Shown here one piece after another: positions 12,669 to 28,973 of a stretch of DNA of 64,000 bases (the stretch's first letter is position 1; each line of letters opens with the position of its first letter). A model generated the notes under the pieces. The model was not told where the DNA came from. It searched no databases and saw nothing but the letters and a program-made list of their open reading frames with translations. The stretch lies in the NCBI GenBank assembly GCA_964016885.1, contig OZ024748.1:5828001-5892000 (forward strand). The letters are read 5' to 3'. The position numbers were made by a program, and so were the translations under genes. Origin of the DNA: Eledone cirrhosa. Its lineage: Eukaryota.

Positions 12669-13556
12669 CTTTAATGCGAAGAAATACCTATGATGGCTAG
12701 GAGATCACTGATGATGGATAGTTCTATTTCTAAATCTTCATTTTAATTGTATATCACATATGCAACAACACAGCACGCCATTATATATATATATATATAT
12801 ATACAATTACACATAAATACATATGTTTATATGTCTTTGTGTATTTCATTAGACACACTCTAGTGAGTAAAAGTATAGATATTGATTTCAGAGGGAAAGT
12901 GTATAAGACTGAGGGATATTGATAACCTAGTTTTATCGATACCCACTATTTGACTGGTTTGACCCCACTACTTGATTAGTCCTTATTAGTTATTGTGTGT
13001 GTGTGTATGTGTGTTGGTCGTGTGTTTATGTGTGTGTGTGTGTTGTTTGTGTTTTCGTTTTTGCTGTTGTTTCTTTTATGCTATTTTTTGCTGAAAGTCA
13101 ACTGAGATCGAGAATACCTTTGATCATCGACATTCCTCACGTGACAGAGAGAGAGAGAGAGAGAGAGGGGGATGAGGTAGGTAGAGAGACGGGGCTAGAG
13201 AGACATGGGGGGGGATAGGGAGTGAGAAGAGGCTAGAGAGAGAGAGAGAGAAAGATGGGGAGGGGATAGGGAGAGAGAAGAGGCTAAAGAGAGAGAGAGA
13301 GTAGGGTGCAGTCGGCTTCTGAGATTCAGCCTCTCTACTTAACTGGATTTTTATATATTTTATCGATCCAAGAAGGATCAAACGTGAAGATTGACCTCCA
13401 TAAGATTTGAACTCAGAATGCAAAGAGCTGGAACAAATACAAAAAGACATTTTGCCAGATGAACGTAGAAATCTGTCAATAGAGCACTTTTTGTTTATTC
13501 CAATTTATTCCACGTTATTCATAAAAATTGAATTCACATTTCAAGTCGTTACCCCT

Positions 13557-13592
13557 TATTCTGATGAGGGGTTCGTTTCGAAACATCAGTCA
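13557..13592 (+). ncRNA. Minimal hammerhead-like motif (decayed)
   Basis: ATT-CTGATGA-GGG GTTCG TTTC-GAAA-CA-TC-AGT. GAAACATC looks like CpG-decayed GAAACGTC. Followed ~70 nt later by (TA)n. Confidence 0.5.
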
Positions 13593-13717
13593 CCATTTCT
13601 TTCTAAAGGTACAAACTATATTCCACTATATGAACTGTTTATTTCATGTCTGCGCAAAGATATGATATATATATATATCCACACACACACATTATATATA
13701 TGTATGTATGTATATAA

Positions 13718-13795
<78 letters not shown>

Positions 13796-14497
13796 ACACG
13801 TTTATATATGTGTATGCATATAATCGCGTCTTGGAGGTATTTCCCTAACATATTCGTAACACTTAATGTCTTATTGGCATCGAAGCGTCTCTAATACTGC
13901 GTTTTGGAGGTATTGGATTTACTTATGCTCCCAAATGTTCATGATATAAGATCCTGCAAATCTCCGCCTCTTTCCCGCCCCTAATTACTTTATTTAAATG
14001 TGTAGTCTACCTTAGCGTTCCATCTGAAATATAACCCCCTGTCCACCAACAAAAAATATTTCGTGTGAGAGATGACCTAATCAGCGAAGCTTAGTATAAC
14101 CGTGATTGCTAGGCTTAAGAACGATTGGTATGATACATGAGATTCTTGTGAAAGAACAACAATCTATAAATCTCATGTGGTTCTAACATCTAGTAGCTAT
14201 GCTTACTCCATATATTGATGATGAGATTTAATAAGATCGAAACGTGCTTTGACTCACTCTCAACGTTGGCTAAACTTCAGATCAAAAGGCTTATAGAATT
14301 ATTGGTGGACTCTCGAGGAGGACCAGAGTTTCAAAAATGTACTTAATACGTTGGTAGAGTATAGGCATCCACATGTTGTATAGAAATGGGTTCTACAGGA
14401 CTAAATCAGTTTCATTAACGTGAAATCATCAGAAAAATCCTCATGATTCCATTCGAATGAAACCTTTCTACTACTGTAGAAGTAATTTCTATATATA

Positions 14498-15246
14498 ATA
14501 ATTGTTTCTACTTTTGGCACAAGGCCAGCAATTATCCTAGTGTATTACTGGTACTTTATTTTATCGACCCCGTAAGGATGAAAGGCAAAGTCAACCTCGA
14601 CGGGATTTGAACTCAGTCCGTAAAGGGACGTAACTGTGCTGCAAAGCATGGCGACCGACCCTCTACCGATACTGCCAATCCATGGTTTCTGATTTAGGCA
14701 CAAGGCCAACAATTTTGGGAGAGGGGGAAGTCGATTAAATTATCGACCATGTAAGGATGAAGGCCAAAGCTAACCACGTCGACATTTGAATTCAGAACGT
14801 AAAGGGCAATAACTAAATATAGCATAGCATTTTGTCCGACGCTCTATAGATTCTATATAAAACAATTGTTTCTACTTTTGGCACAAAGCCAGCAATTACC
14901 CCAGTACATTACTGGTACTTTATTTTATCGACCCCGTAAGGATGAAAGGCAAAGTTAACATTGACGGAATTTGAACTCAATAATTGTTTCTACTTTTTTG
15001 CACAAGGCCAGCAAATCCCCAGTGCATTACTGGTACATTATTTTATCGAGAACTCAACAATTGTTTCTACTTTAGGCACAAGGCCAGCAAACCCCCAGTG
15101 CATTACTGGTACATTATTTTATCGAGAACTCAATAATTGTTTCTACTTTAGGCACAAGGCCAGCAAACACCCAGTGCATTACTGGTACATTATTTTATCG
15201 AGAACTCAATAATTGTTTCTACTTTAGGCACAAGGCCAGCAATTAC
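14498..15246 (-). mobile_element. Cluster of SINE family 1: two near-full copies, one 5'-truncated copy and a ~75-bp tandem array of the SINE 3' end
   Basis: Copies at ~14498-14682, ~14683-14856 and ~14862-14980. The unit AATTGTTTCTACTTTAGGCACAAGGCCAGCAAA..CCAGTGCATTACTGGTACATTATTTTATCGAGAACTCAAT then repeats ~3.5 times. Confidence 0.85.
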
Positions 15247-15627
15247 CATACATAGACATAACTAACGGATGGCTTTTCTATCACTAACCCAATTCTCTTC
15301 TTTTCTTTCTTCTCTCCCCCACGTTCATCTACTTCTCCCTTCCTTCCTCTTCCAACCCTTTCTCCTTCTCTGTCACTTTCTATTTTTCTTTCTCGCATCG
15401 TTTGTTTGTTATTTTTTTATTTTTATTTTTGATTCTAATTTTAATTTTTCTTTTTAACTCTTTGTCCTATTCTGCAAACTTTTTTATTTGATGTCATCCT
15501 TTCGTATATATTTTTTATTTAATCCCTTTTCCCAATCCTCTCCCCATCATCCCTCTCCCTTTACCTATTTATCTGTCTCTCCATCCCTATAACCTCTCTC
15601 TATTTCTCCATACCTATCTTTTGTCTC

Positions 15628-15629
<2 letters not shown>

Positions 15630-15717
<88 letters not shown>

Positions 15718-15740
15718 ATATATATATATATATATATATA
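15630..15740. repeat. (CT)n-(TA)n compound microsatellite
   Basis: Direct reading. Confidence 0.95.
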
Positions 15741-15834
15741 CAATGAAATACCAATGAAGGTTGGAAAATCACTGATGAAGGACTATTTTTATCATATGTA
15801 ACCCATGTGCAACCACGCAGTATTCATTCTTCTC

Positions 15835-15898
<64 letters not shown>

Positions 15899-16532
15899 TC
15901 TCTGCTTTTCTCTATCTCATTCTATTTGTCTCTCTCTTGTGCCACACTCTCTCTTCTTATCTATCACTACCTTTCTATCTTTCTCTGCCCCATACAAGAT
16001 CTGTACCTATATCTCTACCTATCTATCTATCTCTCACCCCTCTCTCTCCCCGACTCTCCCTCTCTCTACTTATCTATTTCTCACTCCCACCATCTAACTA
16101 TTTCTCTCTCTCATTCCCTATCCATTTCTATTCTTCCACATCACTCTAGAAATATGTGAAGGAAATGTAAAGGAGGTAGTTTTGTCTCTCTACGTCTGTG
16201 TATATGAATGTGTGTGTGTATATGGATATATATATATATGTGTGTGTGTGTGTTTATGTGTGTGTGTGTGAATATAGGAACGACTTTGTGGTGGCATAAG
16301 TAGTGTTATGTCTTAATTTGCATCAAATTGTTTGCCTCTTCAAGACACTCATGTGTCTACGAGCCCGTGTATGTATATACATATGTATATGTACAATACT
16401 ATGAAGTATACGTATATATAAGTGTGATAGAGAAGTACATGTATCTATGTATATATATATGTATGTATGTATATATGTATGTATGTATGATAGAGAAGTA
16501 CATGTATCTATGTATATATATATGTATGTATG

Positions 16533-16564
<32 letters not shown>

Positions 16565-16650
16565 GGCGTGTGGGAATGTATGTCTATGTGATTTGAGTAG
16601 CAGCTTCTTCAAAATCCTCTTGAGTTTACGAGTCCGTATACACACATGTC

Positions 16651-16708
<58 letters not shown>

Positions 16709-16824
16709 TATGACATGTGTGTGTGTGTATATATATATACATATATATATATAGGAAATGTGTATATATATATATATAAATTTATTCGTCATTTATATGT
16801 GTATATATGCATATATATACATTC

Positions 16825-16890
<66 letters not shown>

Positions 16891-17420
16891 ATATATGCAT
16901 ATATATATATGTAAATATGTTTGCATGCATGAATGTGTTTCTCTACATATGCATGTGTGTGTGTGTGTGTGTGTTTTGCGTGTGTGTAAATGTGTATACA
17001 AGTATAGTTTTTGATGATGTTATTTTCATTCTTATTGCTGTGTGCTATTTGAAAGTTGTGTTAAAATGAAGTGGTGCTTCACTCACACCACAATACTCCA
17101 TTGAGATTACAAGAGATGTGTTATCAGTGTAGGGTGAAAAATATTCATCTACTCGCGACCCCCCTCCTGTTCTTGCTCTGCCCATGCATGTCTGCTTGCC
17201 TGTCAGTCTGCCTGCCCTGCTCTACTCTGCCCGTCTGTCACTCTGTATGCCAACTCTACACTGTCTCTCTATATTACCCCTCCCCTTAGTCCATGCTCTC
17301 TACTTACCTACCTACTCATCTCCACAACTACCTACTTACTTAGATGTACACGTGTGTCCATTATTATAAATGAACGCGGAGAGATATATGGAAGTAATGT
17401 GTGAGAACGGATAATTTTAC

Positions 17421-17450
<30 letters not shown>

Positions 17451-17451
<1 letters not shown>

Positions 17452-17525
17452 AAGGTGTCCCCAAAAATGTATACAATTTTATTAGAATGCTGTTGAATTG
17501 TGTATACATTTTTGGGGACATCCTC
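17451..17525. mobile_element. ~75-bp MITE with Tc1/mariner-like terminal inverted repeats
   Basis: TGTCCCCAAAAATGTATACA ... TGTATACATTTTTGGGGACA forms 20-bp perfect inverted repeats, with TA-rich flanks. Confidence 0.65.
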
Positions 17526-18456
17526 TCTCTCTATATATATTTATATATTTAATTATGTATGTATGCGTTGAGGTATATATGTACGTGTGTGTATATGTAT
17601 TTTCTTATGCATTTGTTCTTTACCATTCATCTTTTCGGGGTCGATTAATAAAGTGTCAGTGAAATAGAGGAGTCGATTATTGTCTCCCTTCCTTTCTTTC
17701 CCTTTTTAAGTCGCATTATCTCCCCCACTATCCCTCTCTTCTCTCCTTCTCACGCTGTTTCATTCTTATAATCGGCTACATTGATCTGCGAGAAGAGTTG
17801 TTCAAATTCAATCACAGCATCTATTCCAGGAGAAATGGTGACATGTTCAATGTGTTTCTAACAACGTCTCATAGAAAAACTGATATTTTTCTGGAGGGTT
17901 CGATCTGAGGCTATATTATTACGCATGCTCTCGGAGATCTGTGTCCAAATGCCACTGAGCCACTGAGCCACTGATGTCAACTTTACCTTTCATCCTTATG
18001 AAGTTGGAAAAATATATAACATATAGGGCGTTTGACTTGGTAGAATAGATTGAGAATTTCAAGGGATGATTTAATCTCACCGAATCATACTTGGGTAGAA
18101 GTAGAGTTGAATTTAGAACTTAGTGGGACCGGGACAGTTTTAGTTTGGGGGTGGGGCCTTTCATACACAAAAAATTAGAAAACACAGCAAACCCCCAATT
18201 TTATATATCAAAGATAGCTTGGTGCAAGTAATTGGAATTGGAAAGGTATACATCAGGTAGTAAATTCAAAAATTCTAACCATCCTAAAACTAAAAATCCC
18301 AGGTGAGGGAACCAATGAATTGCTACGGCCATCTCTGGTGGGGACCTCAAATGCAGAGGACCCGGGCCAAATGCTCCCTTTGCCTCACCATTAAATAAAG
18401 AACCAGTAACCAGGCCTTGGCCCTAAAATTAGAAATCAGTATTACACATGTAAACA

Positions 18457-18907
18457 GGGTGTTGTATTGGCAATATCAGTAGAGATGTCGGACACCATAC
18501 TTCCTGGCATAGTGTTACGTCCTGTTATAGTCGAATTTCAAATCCTGTCGAGGTTAACTTACCCTTTCATCCTTACGGAGTCCATAAAATAAAGTACCAG
18601 TAAAACACTGGATCGATTTAATCGATTTTCTCCTCCTCCAAATGTGTTGGCCTTGTATCTATATCACAAACTGTTATTACGAATGGCGGTGAAATTGGCA
18701 GTATCGGTAGATCGTCAGACACCATGCTTTGCAGCATAGAGTTATGGCCCTTTGCGTTCTGAGTTAAAATCCCGCCGAGGCTAATTTTGTCTTTCATCCT
18801 TACGAGGTCGATAAAATAAAGTACCAGTTACACACTGGGGTCGTTTAATCGACTTAAGCCCCTCTCCAATATTGGTGGCCTTCTGTCTATATCACAAACT
18901 ATTATTA
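18457..18907 (+). mobile_element. Head-to-tail dimer of SINE family 1
   Basis: Copies at ~18457-18679 and ~18684-18907. Both end in TATATCACAAACT(G/A)TTATTACGAAT. Confidence 0.8.
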
Positions 18908-19122
18908 CGAATATAAATGATATTTCGCTGTATGTATTTACCAAATAAATAATTATGATGACTGTATCAATGTCACAAAAACAAACAACTCTTGATCACA
19001 TTAATTAAAGATCGGATAACTTATGATTCACGGTTATTTTACTGTTTACAGTAAATATTAATGATACACAGGACCAAACTATGGAATGTTGCAATATGTA
19101 GATATACAATTACACATATACA

Positions 19123-19230
<108 letters not shown>

Positions 19231-19247
19231 CATATATATATATATAT

Positions 19248-19320
<73 letters not shown>

Positions 19321-19383
19321 CATATATATATATATATACACACATATATATATATATATACACACACATATATATATATGTAT

Positions 19384-19415
<32 letters not shown>

Positions 19416-19518
19416 GTATATATGTATGTATGTAACAACTTACGTCTGTCTATGATTGTGTGTTTGTATAATATATATATATATACACATACACAGATAC
19501 ATACATACATACATACAG

Positions 19519-19558
<40 letters not shown>

Positions 19559-19797
19559 GTATACCTATATATATATATAGTTTGTAGTTTAGTTTATGCA
19601 TATATACATATATATATATATGCGCAAACTACATATGAATGTGTGTAATTGAATGCCACTTTAGCTAGCGGAAATAAAGTTATTTAGTTGTAAAAGATCC
19701 CACACGTGCATATGTTGCACCTGTTATTTCAGTCAGCCATTTTGAAATGGAAATACACACCAAGGTAAAACAGTATAAATACGGGACAAAATAAATA

Positions 19798-19866
<69 letters not shown>

Positions 19867-19879
19867 ATAAATGTATATG

Positions 19880-19943
<64 letters not shown>

Positions 19944-20047
19944 TTTATGTATGCAAGCAAAAGGCATGAAGAAACATTAGAGCGAACGTCACAATGCAAT
20001 GAAGTAAAATATCATTAGTATTACGCTTGATATAGTAGGAAAAGTGT

Positions 20048-20084
20048 ATTAACATTTCGGACGCTAGTCCTTCATCAGAAATTT
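20048..20084 (-). ncRNA. Minimal hammerhead-like motif
   Basis: The minus strand reads CTGATGA-A-GGAC TAGC GTCC-GAAA-TG-TTA. Its downstream tail CCTACTATA.CAAG...CTTCATT is shared with the 21398 copy. Stem I is poorly preserved. Confidence 0.55.
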
Positions 20085-20603
20085 GAATGAGAAATTACAG
20101 AAGAAATAGAACGATTGAGGAGATGGGTAAGGCGGAAACGGAATCAAATAACAGTTTATTTCATATTGCCATATATATATATATATATATGTATGTCTAT
20201 AAACAGTCATAAATATTCATATATACCTATTTGAATATATATATATATATATATATACATATATAAGCGCATGCAGAAACTCACCCACACATATTTATAT
20301 TTGGAGAGTACAATACAAGGAATATATATCTGGATACAGATAGTATTCAATTATTTTAATAAGGTTCAATCACTGCTTTCTGAACGAGAATACAATAGAT
20401 ATGGAGAAATAGTTTGGAAATCAATAAAAATGGAATGTAAATTCTTTCAACACTACTGACATTTCTAGAGTCGAATCTGTTCAAGTGTAGGGCATATTAA
20501 GTTAGATACAGATATTGTAATATTTATACACATGTATGAGAAGAGTGAACGGAAGCAATGTATAGACACGCATAAACCCCCCGCCCGGATACACGCATAC
20601 ACA

Positions 20604-20670
<67 letters not shown>

Positions 20671-20708
20671 TATATATATATAAATATATATATATAACAT
20701 ATATATAA

Positions 20709-20749
<41 letters not shown>

Positions 20750-20879
20750 TATATATATATAAATATATATATATAATATATATATAATATATATATATAT
20801 ATAAGATATATATAAATAAATATAATTATAATATATATATATATATATATAACATATATATATATATATACATATATAT

Positions 20880-20940
<61 letters not shown>

Positions 20941-21013
20941 TACATATATATATATATACATATATACACATATATACATATATATATATACATATATATA
21001 TACATATATATAC

Positions 21014-21100
<87 letters not shown>

Positions 21101-21270
21101 TTTATATGTGTGTGTATATATATAAAAGGTTGGTATTCAAAGGGTCCTTAAAAAAAAATACTTGCTCTCCCTCTTACAATCAACAACAATGATGATATTT
21201 CGGTTGATACCTAGAGATATTTTTATTATTATAATTATAAATAATATATATTTTCTCTCAGTTTCAGGAA

Positions 21271-21336
<66 letters not shown>

Positions 21337-21397
21337 GACTGACCGAATACAGAACATTTTTTTCAATTCCTTCATATTTCGTCGACCTATTTCATCT

Positions 21398-21435
21398 TCT
21401 ATTTGATGAAGGACTGGTGCCCGAAAATGTATGGC
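21398..21435 (+). ncRNA. Decayed hammerhead-like motif, paralogue of 20048-20084
   Basis: TTGATGA-A-GGAC TGGT GCCC-GAAA-ATGTA, with the same 3' tail. Confidence 0.4.
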
Positions 21436-22077
21436 TCTGTACCTACTATAACAAGTATTAAACTGATATATTTCTTCATTTTAATGTGTCGTTTCCTTTG
21501 GTTTTTCTTTCTGTTTAATATTTTTATATATATATATAAATATATTTATATATATATATAAATATATTTATATATATATATATATATATATACATTTATA
21601 ATATATATATGTGTGTATATATATATTTATAAATATATATATATATATATATATATGCGTGTATATATATATATATACACGATCACACACGTGTAAAAAT
21701 ATATTTATATATATGTGTGTACGTATGAATAAAATAGACATATATTTTAGCTTATCATTTCGACAAACATGTTTGATATTTTTTTTATTAATTCGATTAC
21801 CGTTTGCTGTGTGTTTTCTAAGATATCTATGCCAAATACTTTATCATGTTGCTATGTAGCAGAGTGAGATAAAACGAGTTCAAGTAACCTTCTTCCGAAT
21901 CAACAGACTTCGTGTTTATTTATTATGTCGAATATAGTGTAGAACTTTAAAGTATTTCATATTTCTCGGAAATATATAGAGAACACACACATGTATACAC
22001 ACACATATATATTTATATATATATATTTTTTTATATATATATGTATGTATATATATACATATATATATATATTTATG

Positions 22078-22108
<31 letters not shown>

Positions 22109-22242
22109 GTATATATATTCATATATATATATATAGGTATGTATACATATATATGTATGTATAAACATATTTGTATAACATGAGAGAGTTCATTTCTCTC
22201 TCTCTCTCTCTCTCTCTGTATATATACATATATATATATATC

Positions 22243-22356
22243 AGATAGATTGTGGTCAAAACTAAGTAAACCAGAGTACTCAATACTTGGGCTAATTCAG
22301 ATCTAGCTGTCGAAACGGCCGGAACTCAGCAGCCGGCGGGGTCCTGAATATTTTCA
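22243..22356. mobile_element. Hairpin family A, old partial copy
   Basis: CCAGAGTACTCAATACTT...GATCTAGCTGTCGAAACGGCCGGAACTCAGC..GGGGTCCTGAAT within (TA)n. Confidence 0.65.
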
Positions 22357-22536
22357 TATATATATATATATATATATATTTATATGTGTGTGTGTATAAG
22401 TCATTTACAGATGCAATATCTAGTGATATGTGGTTATTTAGATCTCGTAAACTCACATAATGTTACAGAACATTACATGGAAAGAGACTCACTAAATTAT
22501 AATCAAATATATAATACTTTAACTAAATAAAAGACT

Positions 22537-22591
<55 letters not shown>

Positions 22592-22814
22592 TAACTCTTT
22601 CAGCCATCCAGCTGAGGCCATGCTGAGTTCAGTCTTTTTCGTCGCTATGGTCACTGCGGCCCATCTATCGGTCGCTGTCTTCAATTTGCAAAGCTGTTTA
22701 AACGTAATGTTATAACTCTAGGCTTATATACCCTATTGAGTGCTTAGCTGCACACCGAGACTGCATTCGTTAGCTTGGCTGCAAACAGAGCTTCGTTGAT
22801 GCTGTACTAAATTT

Positions 22815-22874
<60 letters not shown>

Positions 22875-23537
22875 GCTGGACTTCTAATTGTTCGAATTAT
22901 GAAATTGACGCCTTGTGCAATAACAGCTAAAGACTGCGCAGACACGTGTAACAATATAAGACTTAGTAGATATTTCTACCCTGAATTGCTGGGACCAACA
23001 TGTGGCCCATTGAATTGCAGGTGCAACTTATTAGGCTGAATGTATGGGGAATGAAATATTCTGGCGACGATGTACTTGTTTTACAAGATTTTTGATATTA
23101 TGTCGTGTGTTGAAACATATATTGTAATATTTTGGGAGGGTTATGTTGTCCTAATGTTGCCAAAAGTAATAAAAGACACTCACTGTGTGGTCTGACATTC
23201 GTTTCTTTATATTTTTTATGAATAATTTAGCTGGGGATCAATGGATATCATTGACCAACAGTTAAAAGTATATTGCTTAAATAGACAATGCGCCGAAAAG
23301 AAGCGAACCCACGACGTAACGATTGAGCCACCTGCATATACACAGGTATACCCCTTAAATACAGACAGGAAATACACACAAACACATTCAAAGTCAGTCA
23401 CTGCAAAACATTAAAAATAACGCCCTTTAATGAAATATTGAAAGATATAAAGTGTCATACATCCATATATATTAATGTATATATATATATATGTAGTAAC
23501 TGAGTGTACACATAAAAATACACACACACACACATAC

Positions 23538-23592
<55 letters not shown>

Positions 23593-23720
23593 AACCCTCG
23601 CACACACACATATACACACACAAATATATATTATATATACATCTACATACATATAGTATTTAAGAATTGTCAGCGTATGCATCATATATGTATATATATA
23701 TATATATATATATGTATATT

Positions 23721-23788
<68 letters not shown>

Positions 23789-23810
23789 AATATATATATA
23801 TATATATATG

Positions 23811-23850
<40 letters not shown>

Positions 23851-23925
23851 AATATATATATATGTATATATAAATATATATATATGTATATATAAATATA
23901 TATATATGTATATATAAATATATAT

Positions 23926-24055
<130 letters not shown>

Positions 24056-24369
24056 ATGTATATTTGTGTGTATATATATGTATATTTGTGTGTGTATATA
24101 TAAATATATATATATTATAGACAGAGATTCACTCATCATAAATTACAAGCAATTAAGCAATATTTACAGGGTCAACCTATGTTGTTACATCATTGATTTT
24201 TTTCTTTCCCAGTGTCTCTCTTTATAGTTTCCATTGATGATATATCGATATATCGATGATATATGCTGTCTATACAAACTATGTCAGGTTTCAAACTTTC
24301 TATCACTTTCTCTCTATGTATACATACTATATACCCACATCTAAGTATCTATCTATTCATGTGACTCTT

Positions 24370-24404
<35 letters not shown>

Positions 24405-24407
24405 GTC

Positions 24408-24485
<78 letters not shown>

Positions 24486-24486
24486 A

Positions 24487-24558
<72 letters not shown>

Positions 24559-24574
24559 TTATATATATATATAC

Positions 24575-24623
<49 letters not shown>

Positions 24624-24742
24624 TATATAAATATATATATAAATATATATATAAATATATATAAATATATATATAAATATATATATAAATATATATAAAT
24701 ATATATATTTGTATATATATATATATATATGTATATATATTT

Positions 24743-24787
<45 letters not shown>

Positions 24788-24788
24788 T

Positions 24789-24841
<53 letters not shown>

Positions 24842-24851
24842 CATATATATG

Positions 24852-24949
<98 letters not shown>

Positions 24950-25187
24950 GTACATGTTAAATGTGTAATGTTTATATACGGTTACACCTGAGACTCCCTA
25001 GGAAATTAAAACTGATTTCTCGAAGCACGTTAACACATGTGTAGAGAATATTTTCAATTATAAACATGATACACACGCATTCATCATTATATCCATTCTT
25101 CTTATCTATCCATACATAAATTCTGAAATGAATGCATATATATATATGTATATATATATTTATGTACATACATATATACATATACAA

Positions 25188-25242
<55 letters not shown>

Positions 25243-25338
25243 CTATATATATATATATATGAGTGCGTGTGTAGGCGAGTGTAAATTTATTTGCAGTCAT
25301 ATGTACTTATAAATACACACGCACTCACACACATAGAC

Positions 25339-25423
<85 letters not shown>

Positions 25424-25603
25424 TGTGCGTGTGTGTATAGCTATACATATTAATAATTGTATTTTTGTCATAAGTACACTATTTAAAAAGTCTATATAAT
25501 AACCGTAAAATATTGTAACTGTTTGCTTCGTTGATTAGTCTTATGCGAATATATATATATGTATATATATATAAATTAGAATTGTTGCTCTGAAATATAT
25601 ACA

Positions 25604-25647
<44 letters not shown>

Positions 25648-25673
25648 TATAAATTTATATATATATATATATA

Positions 25674-25735
25674 TAGGTAAAGGTATGACCCCGACGGCAG
25701 ACCTCGAGCCGTTTCGACGGCTATTTTTGGACTAC
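25674..25735 (-). mobile_element. Hairpin family A, single short arm
   Basis: TAGGTAAAGGTATGACCCCGACGGCAGACCTCGAGCCGTTTCGACGGCTATTTTTGGAC within (TA)n. Confidence 0.75.
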
Positions 25736-26196
25736 ACATATATATATATATATATATATACACATACACACACACATATATATATATATATATACATAAA
25801 TACACACGCACACACACACACACACACATGTATATATATATATAAGAAAATTACGTTTCTTAAAAAGATGTCCCACACGGGTGAAAGTATAAGGAAATGT
25901 AACTGGAGTCTTTTCAGAACATTTATTTATTTACTACAGCGGTTTCACAGTTCTTGTGATTTTCAAAAGTAGAATTGAGAATTTAGGGTTATTATATAAA
26001 AAATAGAAGATATATTAGTAATATATATGAAAACAAGTAAGGTTTCTCTGCCTTTTGATTAAACGTCTTCGAAATCAATGAATATGATTTCGAGATAAAC
26101 GTCTTCTAACCTCAATATATAGTAACACCTACTTGGTTTGACCACTATGTCTTATTGGGGTATCGTCTGAAATATATATACATATAAACGTGCATA

Positions 26197-26269
<73 letters not shown>

Positions 26270-26355
26270 TATATACATATATATATATATACACATATAT
26301 ATATATACATATATATATATACATAAATATATATACATACATATAAACATGCATA

Positions 26356-26438
<83 letters not shown>

Positions 26439-26493
26439 CATACATACATATAAACATTCATAGGATATATATATTTTATATATATATATATAT

Positions 26494-26527
<34 letters not shown>

Positions 26528-26884
26528 TAAATCATGTCCTTAGAATTATTAGATAAAATATATACCATTTCCTCTCCCAATCAGCGTAATTAACCATATA
26601 AAAAATCAATTAGACCAGGCTATAAGAATAAAGGCTCCTATGAAGAAATATTTGATAAATAACCGAAAGCGACCTCTTTGCGGTGACCCCAATAGAGTAT
26701 TTATCTAACATTTCAACAGCATATATATATATATATATAATATATATATAACATATATATATATATATATAACATATATATATATATATATAATATATAT
26801 ATATATATATAACATATATATATATATATAACATATATATATATATATATAACATATATATATATATAACATATATATATATAT

Positions 26885-26975
<91 letters not shown>

Positions 26976-27092
26976 CATATATATATATATATAACATATA
27001 TATATATATAACATATATATATATATAACATATATATATATATAACATATATATATATATAACATATATATATATATAACATATATATATAT

Positions 27093-27137
<45 letters not shown>

Positions 27138-27160
27138 CATATATATATATAGATATATAT

Positions 27161-27239
<79 letters not shown>

Positions 27240-27402
27240 TAAAATAACAGATTAAAGTTTAAGCAAAGAATCGCTGCTTTAATCTGTTATTTTAATCAAT
27301 ATTTGCTCTACGGTTCTTATATATTTGATATATATTTATCCTTATCGAGCCCTCTTTGGATTTTAGTCTTCCAATTTATTATCATTACTATATATATTTA
27401 CA

Positions 27403-27452
<50 letters not shown>

Positions 27453-27471
27453 CATATAAACATTCATAGGA

Positions 27472-27535
<64 letters not shown>

Positions 27536-28067
27536 TATAAGGGAGGGGATTAGAAGTGTGTAACACTCCACTTATCCAATAGGCAGTATAAGGTTAGCTC
27601 GATGTCTGAGGACAGAGCCGTAATATAATTAACAACAAAGAACGCTTAGAGTATATATACATATATATATATGTATATATACACACATATAAACATTCAT
27701 CAGACTTCACAACTGTCTCAGTGTATTTGTGTATCTTTCATTCCCTCGGCGTGTCCATGTTTATATGTGTGTGTGTGTTTGTATTTGATGAAGTATTAGT
27801 TTTATTGTTTGACTGGTGATATCACATGCATCCTAACACTCTTAACAAACATTCTGGTTAATAATATATATATTCATATATATATATATTCGGTATATAA
27901 GCATGCAATTCACTTCTAGCACTCTACGTCATATTACTAACTAAAAACAACGATGACGGAGTATATTAATAAAAAGGAAAATGCGAAGTTGAAGATGCTA
28001 GGTCCCCATATATATAATATACACACAGATATACATACGTACATAAATAAATAAATATATATAGACC

Positions 28068-28121
<54 letters not shown>

Positions 28122-28581
28122 GGTCTATATATTGGTGTCGGCGTGCGTGTGTGTGTGTGTGTGTGTTGATGTTTACTCACAGATTTATTGATGGCTTTTA
28201 ACTAGCAGATATGCTATGAGGGAGACAGCTAGAGGGAGCTAGACAGTAGCCTAGAAAATAGCACTACCAGATGGATAGATAGAAAGACAAGATGAAAGTA
28301 TGAGAAAGAGGAATAGAACTAATGTGGATGGGAAATCTGTGAATAATGGATAAAAAATAATATATGTATAAATGGGGTAATACAAATAAATAAATATTAT
28401 CTGAGCGAGGCTAAACTATAATATATCTAACAGTTAAACGGTTTCTAACGCTTAATAGTCTCATACGAACACATATCTAGCACATGCGCAACGAGACTAA
28501 ATCCTCCATACTTTCTTGTGATATAATAATATAAAACAAGCATAAATGCCGACGCACATGCACGGGAATACAAATATTTGC

Positions 28582-28622
<41 letters not shown>

Positions 28623-28727
28623 CTCAGACTTACACACTCAGACTTTCGAACACACATATATATTTAAGCACACACACAAACACATGCACCCACATACACA
28701 CATACATACATACACACACACACACGC

Positions 28728-28767
<40 letters not shown>

Positions 28768-28874
28768 GTATATGCAGGTAAAAAGATAAGTTTTTACATA
28801 GATAGAAAATTTATTATTTCTGTTTAAATGTTAGGACTTCTATAGGCATGATCATATATATCATGGGGTTCAAA

Positions 28875-28973
<99 letters not shown>

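Noticed and set aside
12680-15800. ATCACTGATGA(T/A)GGA motifs at ~12703 and ~15768, and a TGATGA...GAAACG motif at ~14215
   Set aside because: Probably relics of hammerhead elements, since the first two share upstream sequence. The GAAA core or stems are too decayed to call.
27239-27295. 19-bp inverted repeat TTAAAATAACAGATTAAAG/CTTTAATCTGTTATTTTAA as a pre-miRNA
   Set aside because: It abuts (TA)n like the other fold-backs, matches no miRNA I recognise, and no expression evidence is available.
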